The translations under genes and the position numbers were made by a program. Source: Eledone cirrhosa (taxonomy: Eukaryota). From it: a stretch of 64,000 bases of DNA. The notes beneath the pieces were generated by a model. It saw only the letters and a list, made by a program, of their open reading frames with translations. It had not been told where the DNA came from and ran no database searches. Location: NCBI GenBank assembly GCA_964016885.1, contig OZ024745.1, forward strand, positions 83,638,001-83,702,000. Direction: 5' to 3'. Positions within the stretch are counted from its first letter, which is position 1. Every line of letters begins with the position of its first letter. Shown in pieces: positions 1-11,840 of this stretch.

Positions 1-202
1 ACAGGGACAGTGGGGGTTTACATAGAGATCGAGTAAGTATAAATAACAAAAAACAAAATAACAATAAAAATACAACAATGAAAGTTCCCCAATAAGAGGG
101 ATCACCACCCAGGGTTGACTCAAGTACCCCACCAGTCCTGAGCCATCCGACGCTCCTAGGGCACCCGGGAAGGGCACCCCTCTCCTTCTCGAATTCACCA
201 GC

Positions 203-3200
203 CTACAGGCGCATAATCAGAGTAGGCCCACTCACGCGGGCCATTCTCGCCACATTCACCCACCTTTCAGTAAATGTACTGGGGGGCAGCACTTCTCTCT
301 CCACCCTCACCTTCCTTTCCAAGTGAAACTTGAAGAAGTTGATGAGGGATTGGCCGAAGAGAAAAGTGTCTGTCTTCAGTCCTTTCAACCTGGTCCACCA
401 TGCAACCTCTTTCGCTACTGCCACCAGGCAGAGGAAAATTGCCTGCCCTTCCTGACCAAAAGAAGGCGGCGGGTCAATCTTCACTATGGACTCGGACGAT
501 AGCCGGATCCGTTCTACACGCGACAATAGCTGTTCGACATAACCCCACAAGTCAGCAATGCACGGACACTGGACGAGTGCGTGCAGAACGGTTTCGTCGC
601 TCTGCGCGCATCTCGGGCAGGTTCGTCTGACAGCACTTCCGTGCCTGTAGAGTTTATCCCGAACCGGCAGCGCCCCCCGGTAGCACTGCCAAGCGAGGGA
701 TTTCTGGAAGTTATCCATCGTCCCCGGCTCGAAAGTCCTCCGGAACATACTGGTCAGTTCTACTTCGTTGACGCCCAGAGCCTCTCCTAGTACGTCATCG
801 CACTTGCCCTCCACTAATCCTCTATAGAAATCTTGAGTGGAAGTTCCACTGACCGCATTGCTCACCTTGCAGAGTGCAGTGAGCGCCTGGCAACATTCCA
901 GATGCCAGTCGCCCAGTCTCGGTCTCTTCTTGACCCAGGACTGCAGCTCAGTCAAAGAGATGAGCTGCGGAAAGGCCTATCTAACAAACGGCGACCACAC
1001 CTGTTCACCGTTTAGGCAAAATATCTGGAGATGTCGCAGCCTCAGCGCATGTCTGCGCATCATTAGCCACGGCATGCCCAGCCCTCCACGAAGAGGGTGC
1101 TGGCAGCAGATGGACCGCCTCACCAACGGGACCCGTCCCCTCCACAAAAATTTGAAAAGGAGCCGTTCCAAATTGGCGAGGCGTGGACGGGGGCAAGGCA
1201 CGACGGTCAGGCGGTAGTAGATGACGGACGCGATGTACGCGTTCGCCACCTCCGCCCGCCCTTTCAGTGATAGCTTTCTCTCAGCCCATTTCTGGGTGAG
1301 GTTGGCTATCCTGCTCGTCACCTCGTCCCAATTCTTATCCACCTGGAGGTCTGGTCCGAACCAAACCCCGAGCAACTTTACCGGTCCGTCTGTCCAGCGC
1401 CCAACGACGCTGTTGGACGGCATGGACTTGCCTCTCCAGGTGCCGAGCTGCAAGCCCACCGACTTTTCCGGGTTAAGTTTTGCTCCCGTCAACCTTTCAT
1501 ATTCCTCCAAATGGGTGCGGATCACCTCGATTTCCGAGGTGTCCGACACCATCACGGTGATGTCGTCCGCATAAGCGGACGCAGCCTTTCTACGTCCCGG
1601 TTCGAGCGGGATGCCCTGCAACAACTCCAGCTTCCGCAGTAGAGGCTCAAGAGTCAATGCGTACAGAAGTGAGGAGAGAGGGCACCCTTGACGGACCGAT
1701 CGAGAGATCTGAAACGGTTCCGAGAGGTGGCCATTAACTTTGACCACCGAGCAGATGCCGCTGTACATTGCAGCGATCCAGCTTCTGAAGACGGGGCCGA
1801 AGCCAGCCGCCTCGAGGACAGCCTCCAAGTACCGATGGTCGACCCTATCGAATGCTTTCGATTGATCTAAATTGATCAGAGCCCCACCGAAGCCAGGTTT
1901 GCACCCAACCCTCTCTATGATGTATCGCATGAGGTGGAGGTTGTCGTGTATGGACCTGGTCAGGATTGCGCAAGTTTGCGCCTCCCCAACCAAATCTTTG
2001 ACGACAAGCGCCAACCTTTTCGCTAACACCTTGGCCAAAATCTTAAACTCTGTGTTGAGCAGGGTTATGGGCCTGAAATTATCTAGTGTGTCCCTCTTGT
2101 TCTCGTCTTTCCTTATCAGCGTCACTACGCCACGGCTCACAGAACTGGGAATGCTCCCGTTCTGCTGCCAGTTGCAGTAGAGCGCTTCGAGGAGATCGGA
2201 GAACAAGTCTGGCATATTTACGTAAAGCTCGTAGGGCAGACCATCCAAACCGGGTGACTTGCGACTCGGGCAGCCGACAAGGGCGTCCTGAATTTCGACT
2301 GATGTTATCGGCTCTTCGCAGCGCTCAGCGTCGGCCGTCGAGAGGCGTGGCAAGCCGTCGAGGTAGGGACTGAAGTCCGCCGCCGTCTCCGACTCACCCA
2401 TCCTCCCGAACAATCGAGCAAAGTGCTGGCGAAAGGCCTCACACATCTGCTTGGAATCGCTCAGTTCGTGTCCATCTCGATCCGTCAAAGACCGAATTGT
2501 GGTTTTATTTCCACGCTGCGTCTCTGCAAAGCGAGCCCATCGGGCAGCTTTGGTTCCCTCGTTCCTCAGAGCACGCGCCTTAGCTCTGACAATGCAACCT
2601 TCGTGTTTCGCATTGAAGAAATGGTCTAGTGCCATTCTCGCCGCTAGCACGTCTGTTGCAATGCCACTACAAATAGCCTCGTCTAACTTAGCTATCAGCC
2701 CCTCCTCCTTTCTATTTTTCTCTATTGCTACTTCTTTGCTAAATCCTATCGAGGTTGCTCTAATCTCTCTTTTGAGTGCCCCCCACCACCTGTTGTTGAC
2801 AACCCCCCCTGTCAACTTTTGCTTAACTAAGTTGTTGACCCGGTCCCTGTAAGCTTTACGTGCCGGAAACGACATGTTTAGCTTCCAGTAGCTAAGTCCT
2901 AACCTACGTGTTTTATCTAGGTCGACCATACAGATCACAAGCTTGTGATCTGAATAGGCAACCGTTTTAAAATGTGGACATCCTACACTATTTCTATCTC
3001 TTTTCCTAATGAAAATCCTATCTATGTACGATCTAGATGACCCTATGCGATTGGTCCAGGTCCATACTGGCGCATTAGGGAAATCTAGTCGGTACCTGTC
3101 AGACAGTTGAAACTGGCTGATCAGGTACTTGAGGCTTTTGCACCCCCGCTCCTATCAGATACTCCCACACAATCCCAGCGTGCTTCTAAGATGCCATTCC

Positions 3201-3621
3201 AATCCCCTATTAACAGTAAAGGGCGAGACGTAAGCAGAAAGTTTTCCAGGCGCCTAAAGAAGTCCGGCCGACCGGCCCCAGTAGGGGCGTAGACGGCCAC
3301 CAGTCTAAAGGCACCACCTCCGCTATTGCTCACGTCCAGGACCACCAACTTTCCGTCAGGATCCCGGAAGATTGACCTTACCTCGAGATCCAGACATTTC
3401 CTAAACAGCACAGCCACTCCACCTCCCATTCCCGGCCGACTAACAGATGCAAAGATCTGATAATCGTCGAAAATCGGCGCCAGTGCGCGTGTGTCGGAAA
3501 TTCTGGTCTCGCTGATGGCAATTACATCCATTCCTAGTGACCTGAGGTCGTTAAGCAAGTGACCTTGCTTCCAGGGCGACCCCAGGCCACGAACATTTAA
3601 ACTTCCTACTCTTATGGCCAT
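203..3621 (-). pseudogene. Tx1-like ORF2 (APE + RT + C-terminal Zn motif), disrupted
   Basis: SLNVRGL, SET, VYAP, GDWN (APE); KSPGLDG, FRPITLL, DQSKAFD, RQGCPLS, YADD (RT); CPRC..H...C; frameshift near 3140 and stop at 977-979. Confidence 0.93.
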
Positions 3622-3650
3622 GCTGGCAGGATGAATGGGAGAGGAAAGGT

Positions 3651-5561
3651 TTACTTACCTTCCGGGGTCTTGTGAAGGTCGGGTGGTTCGACCTCCATGG
3701 TTTGTGCGGTTTCTTTTGGGAACCCCTTTAATAGTCTTGACGTGGGTTTTACGTTCGGGGTTCCCACATCCCGAGGAAAGCTCTTTCGAATTTCTTTGTA
3801 TGAAGCGAGCGACATTCGCATCAGAAGCAAATTATCTGGTATGCGAAATGTGCTCGCTTCAAATGTTTCCCCGTCTTTTTCGATGTTTGTGCTTCGTGCT
3901 ACATGGGCCATCAATTCCTTGTTGGCCCTTCTGGCAAGCACGAAGTTTTTAATGTTTTGTTGCTCGGGTTTTATTTGTTCGTGTGATTGTGGTGGTGATA
4001 GCTTTGTTAGTGTTGTTTCTATTGTGTCTGCGTTTGTTGTGGGTGGGGTGTCTGTAGTTTCTGATGTTTGTGTGTCTATTTGTTCTTGTGTCTGTTTAGC
4101 TTGTTTGCGTTTGGGGGATTTTGGTGGTTGTGTTGGTGATGCTGTGGGGAAAATGTTTGTGTGGGTGGTGTGTGTATTTTTTTTTGTGGGGGTGTTTGTG
4201 CTTTGTGGATTTCTTTTTTTTTTGTGTTTTGTTTTTTGTATTTTGGGGGACTTTGGTTTTCCCTCATCTTCACTGCTGGAGGATGAGGGGTCTGTGGCTG
4301 TGAGCGTGTTTGTGTCTGAGTGAGTGTTTATGTTCTTGTTCGTGTGTGTATTTTGGGGGGGAGGGGGAATGGGAGAGCTTTCCTCGTTTCCCCCCTGGGT
4401 GTGCAATTTTGGTGGTTCCATTGTTGACGGTGTTGCTGGTGGTCCTTGTCCCGGCGTCGCCAGCAGTGGAATCTTTCGACCCCTTGCGCTTTTCGGCAGT
4501 TGAGGGCAGAAGGCTCGCAAGTGTGTCGTTTCCCCACAAAGGAAACAATGCGGCCTTTTGCCCTCAGTCATTATATGCAACACCCTCCCGTTTTGGAGGC
4601 GGATGTGGTCCGGGATTGCTTTTACGTTTTCGGGTCTGATTTGGAGCAGTATCTCCAGATCAACTCCGGACCAGTCGTCCCTGGCAGTTCTCGTTGCCTC
4701 TACCGGGACTGTATCCGTTCCTTCCACGATTACGCAACCCAGGAGCCACCACATATCAAGTCCTGGTGGAATCCTGGGAATGCGCACACGTGCTATTCGT
4801 TTTCCCATGTGGGAGGGGTACATTATGACCTTGCTGGTTTTGCAAGGGGTCATTGAATGCTTCACAGCGAGGGCTTCAGACTTGAACAGCACCGAAACGG
4901 TGCCGTATTGCCTGCCCCTCTCTATGAAGTCTGTGTCCTCTCTGATGTATTTCAGTGCGGCTTCTATATCAGCTTGGGCGATTATCGCTGCCCTCTTTGT
5001 CTCTACTGAGATGCATCTGAAATGCACCGTTCTTTTTTCCACTGCCTCAATGGCTTCTGCCGGGACAGTTAAGTTTGCCCAGGTCTGCTCTTGATTTATG
5101 ATTTTCCAGGCCTGGGCCAACTTTTCCTCTCTGTTGGTTAAGTCGATGCTGTAGCATGGTCTCCTTTTAGCCGCTGCCACAGCAGCGAAGGTGTTCTTGT
5201 TGGTGTTGTCACTGTTGTTGTTCTTGTTGGTGTTGCTGCTGCTATTGCTGTTGTTGTTCTCCCCTGTGTCGTGGTTACCCTCTGTGCTGTTGGCCTTGTT
5301 GGTGCTGTTGCTGTCGCTACTATTACTCTCTGTGCTGTTTGTTTTGTTGGTGCTCTCGCTATTACCACCTTCTGCGCTGTTCGGCTTGTTGGTGTTGGTG
5401 TTGTCGCTGTTACCACCTTCCGCGCCGCTCGGCCCGTTGGTGCTGGCACTGTCGCTGCTCACACTCGTGCTGGTGGCGCTCCTCGCCTCACCTCTCCTCT
5501 CAACGCTCAAGTCGCCGTTGCACGACAGCAGACCCGCCTCTAGGGGGCGTGGCTCCGCCAT
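3651..5561 (-). CDS. Tx1-like ORF1 (gag-like nucleic-acid-binding protein, 636 aa)
   Basis: Open 636-aa frame, S/N-rich N-terminus, CFLCGETTHLRAFC zinc knuckle, P/T/K-rich tail. Confidence 0.88.
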   Translation of the reverse strand: MAEPRPLEAGLLSCNGDLSVERRGEARSATSTSVSSDSASTNGPSGAEGGNSDNTNTNKPNSAEGGNSESTNKTNSTESNSSDSNSTNKANSTEGNHDTGENNNSNSSSNTNKNNNSDNTNKNTFAAVAAAKRRPCYSIDLTNREEKLAQAWKIINQEQTWANLTVPAEAIEAVEKRTVHFRCISVETKRAAIIAQADIEAALKYIREDTDFIERGRQYGTVSVLFKSEALAVKHSMTPCKTSKVIMYPSHMGKRIARVRIPRIPPGLDMWWLLGCVIVEGTDTVPVEATRTARDDWSGVDLEILLQIRPENVKAIPDHIRLQNGRVLHIMTEGKRPHCFLCGETTHLRAFCPQLPKSARGRKIPLLATPGQGPPATPSTMEPPKLHTQGGNEESSPIPPPPQNTHTNKNINTHSDTNTLTATDPSSSSSEDEGKPKSPKIQKTKHKKKRNPQSTNTPTKKNTHTTHTNIFPTASPTQPPKSPKRKQAKQTQEQIDTQTSETTDTPPTTNADTIETTLTKLSPPQSHEQIKPEQQNIKNFVLARRANKELMAHVARSTNIEKDGETFEASTFRIPDNLLLMRMSLASYKEIRKSFPRDVGTPNVKPTSRLLKGFPKETAQTMEVEPPDLHKTPEGK

Positions 5562-5771
5562 GTTTTTTTGAGAAAAAAATTATTATTTTTTCCAAAATAA
5601 AGTTCAAATATTTGGGCCAAAAGGCCCAAATATTATGAGTTATTCCTTCACAGGATACAAATGAATGTCTTATAATGCTTCAGCGGTACAAAAAATAAAC
5701 AATTCTCTACAATTAATCCTCAAAAAATTGCTTACTCACGGAGCTTCAAAAAACGTACATCCACTTTCGTC

Positions 5772-5977
5772 AATAATAATAATAATAATAATTGTTTATA
5801 CTTTAGGCACAAGGGCAGCAACTACCCAGTGTATTACTGGTACTTTATTTTATCGATCCCGTAAGTATGAAAGGCAAAGTCAACCTCGGCGGGATTTGAA
5901 CTCAGATCGTAAAGGGACGTAACTATGCTGGAAAGCATGGCGTCCGACCCTCTACCGATACTGCCAATCCACCGCTC
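5772..5977 (-). mobile_element. tRNA-derived SINE with (ATT)n tail
   Basis: Reverse strand has A-box-like TGGCAGTATCGG, B-box GAGTTCAAATCC and core GACTTTGCCTTTCAT..GTCGATAAAATAAAGTACCAG-like sequence; two more copies in the window. Confidence 0.88.
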
Positions 5978-6246
5978 TAATATGATAAATGATTTCATTT
6001 ATTGGCCACAAGGGCCGACATATAAGAGACAATACAAAAGACTGGGACAGTGGGGTTTTACAGAAAAATCGAGTAAACAATATGAATAACAATAACAAAG
6101 TAACAATAAAGTAACAATAAAATTACAACAAGAAAAAATTCCCCAAGAGGGGGGATGACCACGCAGGGTTCGCTCAGGTACCCCACCAATCCTGAACGAC
6201 CCGACGCTTCGAGTAGGGCACCCATCTCCTCCTCAAATTTACCTAC

Positions 6247-9200
6247 CTACAGCCGCATGACCAGAGTAGGCCCACTCACACGGACCATTCTGGCCATTTT
6301 CACCCACCTTTCAGCAAATATACTGGGGGGCAGCACTTCTCTCTCCAGCCTCACCTTCCTTTCCAAGTGAAACTTGAAAAAGTTGATGAGGGATTGGCCG
6401 AAGACAAAAGTGTCTGTCTTCAGTCCTTTCACCTCGTCCACCATACAACCTCTTTCGCTACTGCCACCAGACAGAGGAAAATTGCCTGCCCTTCCTGGCC
6501 AAAAGAAGGCAGCGGGTCGATCTTCACTATGGACTCGGCCGATAGCCGGATCCGTTCTACACGCGACAACAGCTGTTCAACATAACTCCACAAGTCAGTA
6601 ATGCACGGACACTGGACGAGTGCGTGCAGAACGGTGTCGTCGCTCTGCGCGCATCTCGGGCAGGTTCGTCTGACAGCACTTCCGTGCCTGTAGAGTTTAT
6701 CTCGAACAGGCAGTGCCCCCCGGTAGCACTGCCAAGCGAGGGATTTTTTGAAATTATCCATCGTCCCCGGCTCGAAAGTCATCCAGTAAAGACTGATTAG
6801 TTCGACTTCGTTGACTCCCAAAGCCTCTCCGAGTGCGTCGTCACACTTTCCCACCACTAATCCTCTATAGAACTCGAGAGTGGAAGTTCCACTGACCGCA
6901 TTTCCCGCCTGGTAGAGGGCAGTGAGTGCCTGGCAACATTCCAGATGCCAGTCACCCAGTCTCGGTCTCTTCTCGACCCAGGACTGCAACTCAGTAAAAG
7001 AAACGAGCTGCGGAAAGGCCCGTCTGACAAACGGCAACCACACCTGTTCACCGTTTAGGCAGAATATCTGGAGATGCCGCAGCCTCAACGCGTGTCTGCG
7101 CATCATTAGCCACGGCATGCCCAGCCCTCCACGTAGACGGTGCTGGCAGCAGATGGACCGCCTCACCAGCGGAACCTGACCCCTCCACAAAAATTTGAAG
7201 AGGAGCCGCTCCAAGATGGCGAGGGGCGAACGGGGGCAAGGGACGACGGTCAGACGGTAGTAGATGAAGGACGCGATGTACGCGTTCGCCACCTCCGCCC
7301 GACCTTTCAGTGATAGCTTCATCCCAGCCCATTTCTGGGTGAGACTGGCTACCCTGCCCATCACCTCGTCCCAATTCTTATCCACCAGTACATCTGACCC
7401 GAATCAAACCCCAAGCAACTTTACCGGTCTGTCCGTCCAGCGCCTAACGACGCTGTTGGATGGCATGGCCTTGCCTCTTCAGGTGCCGAGTTGCAAGCCC
7501 ACCGACTTTTCCGGGTTAAGGTTTGCTCCCGTCAACCTTTCATATTCCACCAATAAGTTGCTGACCACCTCGTTTTCTGAGGTGTCCGACACCATCACGG
7601 TGATGTCGTCCGCATAAGCCGACAGCCTTTCCGCGTCCCGGTTCGAGCGGGATGCCCTGCAACAGCTCCAGCTTCGGCAGTAAAGGCTCGAGAGTCAATA
7701 CGTACGGAAGGGAGGACAGAGGGCACCCTTGACTGACCGATCGGGAGACCCGAAACGGTTCCGAGTGGTGGCCATTAATTTTGACCATCGAGCAGGTGCC
7801 GCGGTGCATTGTAGCGATCCAGCTTCTGAAGACGGGGCTGAAGCCAGCCGCCTTGAGGACAGCATCTAGGTACCGATGGTCGACCCTATCGAATGCTTTC
7901 GATTGATCTAAATTGATCAGAGCCCCACCGAAGCCAGGTTTATACCCTACCCTCTCTATGATGTATCGCATTAGGTGGAGATTGTCGTGTATGGACCTGG
8001 TTGGGATTGCGAAAGTTTGCGCCTCCCCAACCAAATCCCCGACGACAAGTGCCAACCTCTTCGCTAACACCCTGGCCAAAATCTTAAACTCTGTGTTGAG
8101 CAGAGTTATGGGCCTGAAATTGTCTAATGTTCTCATCTTTCCTTATCATCGTACTGGGAATAATCCCGTTTTGCTGCCAGTTGCAGTAGAGGGTTTCGAG
8201 GAGATTGGAGAACAAGTCTGGCATATTTACGCTCGTAGGGCAGACCATCCAAACCGGGTGACTTGCGCCTCATGCAGCCGACAAGGGCATCCTGAATCTC
8301 GGCTGAAGTAATCGGCCTTTCGCAGCGCCCAGCGTCAGTCGTCGAGAGTTGCGGCAAGCCATCGAGGTAGGGACTGAAGTCCGCCACCATCTCTGACCCG
8401 CAACTTCCCTCGAACAACCGAGCAAAATGTTGGCGAAAGGCCTCACACATCCGCTTGGAATCGCTCAGCTCGTGTCCGTCTCGGTCCGTCAAAAACCGAA
8501 TCGTGGTTTTATTACCACGCTGCGCCTCTGCTACGCGGGCCCATCGAACAGCTTTGGTTCCCTTGTTTCTGAGAGCACGCGCCTTAGCTCTAACAATGCA
8601 ACCTTCGTGTTTCGCATTGAAGAAATGGTCTAATGCCATTCTCGCCGCTAGTACGTCAGTTGCAATACCACTACCAATAGCCTCGTCTAACTTATCTACC
8701 AACTCCTCCTTCTTTCTATTTTTCTCTAACGCTACTCCTTTGCTAAACTCTATCGATATTACTCTAATCTCTCTTTTGAGAGCCCCCCCCCCCCCATCTA
8801 TTGTTGACGACTCCCCCTGTCAACTTTTTCTTAACTAAATTGTTGACCTGGTCCCTGTAAGCCTTACGTGCCGGAAATGACATGTTTAGCTTCCAGTAAC
8901 CAGGTCATAACCTACGCGTCTTATCTAGGTCGACCATACAGATCACAAACTTGTGATCTGAATAGGCGACCGTTCCAAAACGTGGACAGCTTACACTATT
9001 TCTGTCTATTTTCCTAATGAATATCCTGTCTATATACGATCTAGATGACCCTATGCGGTTAGCCCAGGTCCACACTGGCGCATTAGGGAAATCTAGTCGG
9101 TACCTGTCAGACAGTTGGAACTGGCTGATCAGGTTCTTGAGGCTTTTGCACCCCCCGCTCCTATCGGATACTCCCACACAGTCCCAGCGTGCGTCTAAGA

Positions 9201-9633
9201 TGCCGTTCCAATCCCCCGCTAACAGTAAAGGGCGAGACGTACCCAGAAAGGCTTCCAGGCGTCTAAAGAAGTCCGGCCGTCCTGCCCCAGTAGGAGCATA
9301 GACGGCCACCAGTCTAAAGGCACCACCATCGTTATTGTTCACGTCCAGGACCACCAACTTCCCGTCCGGGTCCCGGAAGATCGACCTTACCTCGAGATCC
9401 AGGCCTCTCTTAAACAGCACTGCCTCCCCGCCTCCCATTCCCGGCCGGCTAACAGATGCAAAGATCTGATAGTCGTCGAAAAAGGGGGCTAGTGCGCGCG
9501 TGTCGGAAATTCTGGTCTCGCTGACGGCAATTTCATCCATTTCTAGAAACCCGAGGTCGTTGAGCAGGTGACCCTGATTCCAGGACGATCCCAGGCCTCG
9601 AACATTTAAACATCCTACTCTTAATACGGCCAA
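6247..9633 (-). pseudogene. Tx1-like ORF2 (APE-RT), frameshifted
   Basis: ORF fragments 8905-9633, 8133-8702, 7540-8136, 6429-7385 and 6247-6444 are homologous to copy 1. Confidence 0.9.
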
Positions 9634-9665
9634 GTTGGCAGGTTAAACAGAGAGAGAGATAAGGT

Positions 9666-11606
9666 TTACTTACCTTCCAGCTCTTGTGAAGGTCGGGTTG
9701 TTCGACCTCCATAGTTGGTGGGGTTTCTTTTGGGAACCTCTTTAAAAGTCTTGAAGTGGGTTTTACGTTCGGGGTTCCCACGTCACGAGGAAAGCTGTCT
9801 CGTATTTCTTTGTATAAATCGAGCGACATTCACACCAGAACCAAATCTTCCGGCACGCGAAATGTGCTCGATTTAAACATTTCCCCCTCTTTTTGTATAT
9901 TTTCACTTCGTGCGACGAGGGCCATCAGTTCCTTGTTGACGAGCACGAAGTTTTGTATGTTTTGTTGGTGTGATTTTATTGCTTGCGTGGCTGTGGTGGT
10001 GATGTTTTTGGTGGTGTTGTTTCGGTTGTGTCTGTGTTTCTTGTGAGTGCGGTGTCTGTGGTTTCAGATGTTTGTGTGTATATTTGTTCTTGTGTCTGTT
10101 TAGGTTGTTTGTGTTTGGGGGATTCTGGTGATGGTGATGGTTGTGTTGATGTTGGTGTTATTGGAGAAATGTTTGCGTGGGTGGTGTCTGCGTTTTTTAT
10201 TGTGGGTGATTTTGTGCTTTGTTGAGTTTTTTTTTTTTTTTTGTGTTTCCTTTTTTGTATTTTGGGGGATTTTGGTTTTCCCTCATCTTCACTACTGGTA
10301 GATGAGGGGTCTGTGTCTGTAAGTGTGTCTATAAGTGTGTCTGTATGTATGTTTATGGTTTCATTGGTGTGTGTATTTTTTTTTGGGGGGGGGGGGAATT
10401 TGACAGCTTTCCTCGTTTCTCGCCTGGGTGGTCAATGTTGGTGGTGGTCTTTCTATTGGTGTTGTTGCTGGTGGTTTTGCCGGTGCTGTTGTTGGTTGTG
10501 GTCCTCGCCCCGGCGTCGGCAGGAGTGGAGCCTTTCGACCCCTTGCCTCTTTCAGCAGTTGAGGGCAGAAGGCTCGCAAATGGGTTTTTTCCCCACAAAC
10601 AAAACACTGCGGCCTTTTGCCTTCGGTCATAATGTGAATGACCGTCCCATTCTGAAGGCGGATGTGGTCCGGGATTGTCTTCACATTCTCAGGCCTGATC
10701 TGGAGAAGGATCTCCAGGTCAACCACGGACCAGTCCTCTGTGGCCGTCCTGTCAGTTCTATAGGGACGGTATCCGTCCCCTCCACAATCACACATCCCAG
10801 AAGCCACCACATGTCAAGTTCTGGTGGGATTCTGGGAATGTGGAGACGGGCCGTTCTTTTTCCCATATGGGAGGGGTACATTATGACCTTGCTGGTTTTG
10901 CAAGGAGTCATAGCGTGTTTCATTGCGAGGGCTTCTGACTTGAACAACACCGAAATGGTTCCGTACTGTCTGCCCCTCTCTATGTATTCGGTGTCTTCTC
11001 TGATGCACCTCAGCGCGACTTCGACATCTGCTTGTGGGATTAAAGCTGCCCTTTTGGTTTGTGCTGAGATGCATCTATAATGCACCGTTCTGCGCTCCAC
11101 TGCCTCAATAGCTTCTACCAGGACAGTTAAGTTGGCCCAGGTTTGCTCTTGCTTGATGAGCTTCCATGCCTGGGCTAACTTTTCATCTTTGTTTGAGAGG
11201 TCCATGTTGAAGCATGGCCTCTTTTTTGTTGCTGCCGCAGCGAAAGTGTTCTTCTTGTTTTCGTTGGGGATGTTGTTGTCGTTGTTTTTGTTCTTGTTAT
11301 CACTGTCGCTGTTATCATTGTTGTCTTTGCTGCCACCGTTGTTCTCGGTGCAGTTGGTATTGTTGCTGTTGGTGTTGTCGCTATTTGTTTTCATGTTAGT
11401 GGTGTTGATATTGTTGTTGCATTTGTCATTTTTTTTTGTTATCTGTATTTTCGTTGTCGCTGTTACTGTCATTTTTTTCGAAAGTAGAGTTCTCATTGGT
11501 ATCATTGGTGTCTTGGTTTACATTGTTTGTGGTGGTGTTTGTGTTATCAATTTGTGTTAATTTTGCTGTAGCGATCCTTTCCACTTCTACGTCGTGGCTC
11601 ATCCAT
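9666..11606 (-). pseudogene. Tx1-like ORF1, frameshifted
   Basis: Starts MDEPRR (copy 1: MAEPRP); CFVCGEKTHLRAFC knuckle; fragments 10681-11505, 10361-10810 and 9533-9829. Confidence 0.85.
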
Positions 11607-11840
11607 GATTTTTTTTTCTCCGTAAATTTTTTAAAATGTAAAAAAAGTTCAAATATTTGGGCCAAAAGGTCCAAATATTATACTTTACCCTTCACAGGGC
11701 AAAGTCTAAGGGCTTATATCCCTTACACAACAAGAAATATTTAACAACAAATAATTTTAACAGGCAAATAAAGCGACTTACAGGGAGAGAACAAAATACG
11801 TCTGATTAGACAAATAATAATAATAATAATAATAATAATA

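Larger units (their letters stand above)
1..5771 (-). mobile_element. L1/Tx1-like non-LTR retrotransposon, copy 1 (3' end runs off the window)
   Basis: ORF1 with CCHC knuckle followed by APE-RT-Zn ORF2; 3' UTR matches copy 2 (about 6040-6240); 5' end abuts (ATT)n. Confidence 0.93.
5985..11812 (-). mobile_element. L1/Tx1-like non-LTR retrotransposon, copy 2 (full length, degraded)
   Basis: Colinear with copy 1; AATAAA at 6003-5998 on the minus strand; several frameshifts. Confidence 0.92.

Noticed and set aside
3623-3658. 36-nt mini-intron (GTAAGT at the ORF1 stop to CAG) fusing ORF1 and ORF2
   Set aside because: Very short, and splicing gives GCA TGG CCA TAA, which is out of frame; the donor is conserved in copy 2 but its role is unclear
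5772-5977. tRNA gene
   Set aside because: A/B boxes belong to a multicopy SINE with a tail and TSDs in other copies; no cloverleaf
400-9829. Antisense and alternative-frame ORFs over the LINE ORFs
   Set aside because: Shadow ORFs with no recognisable domains
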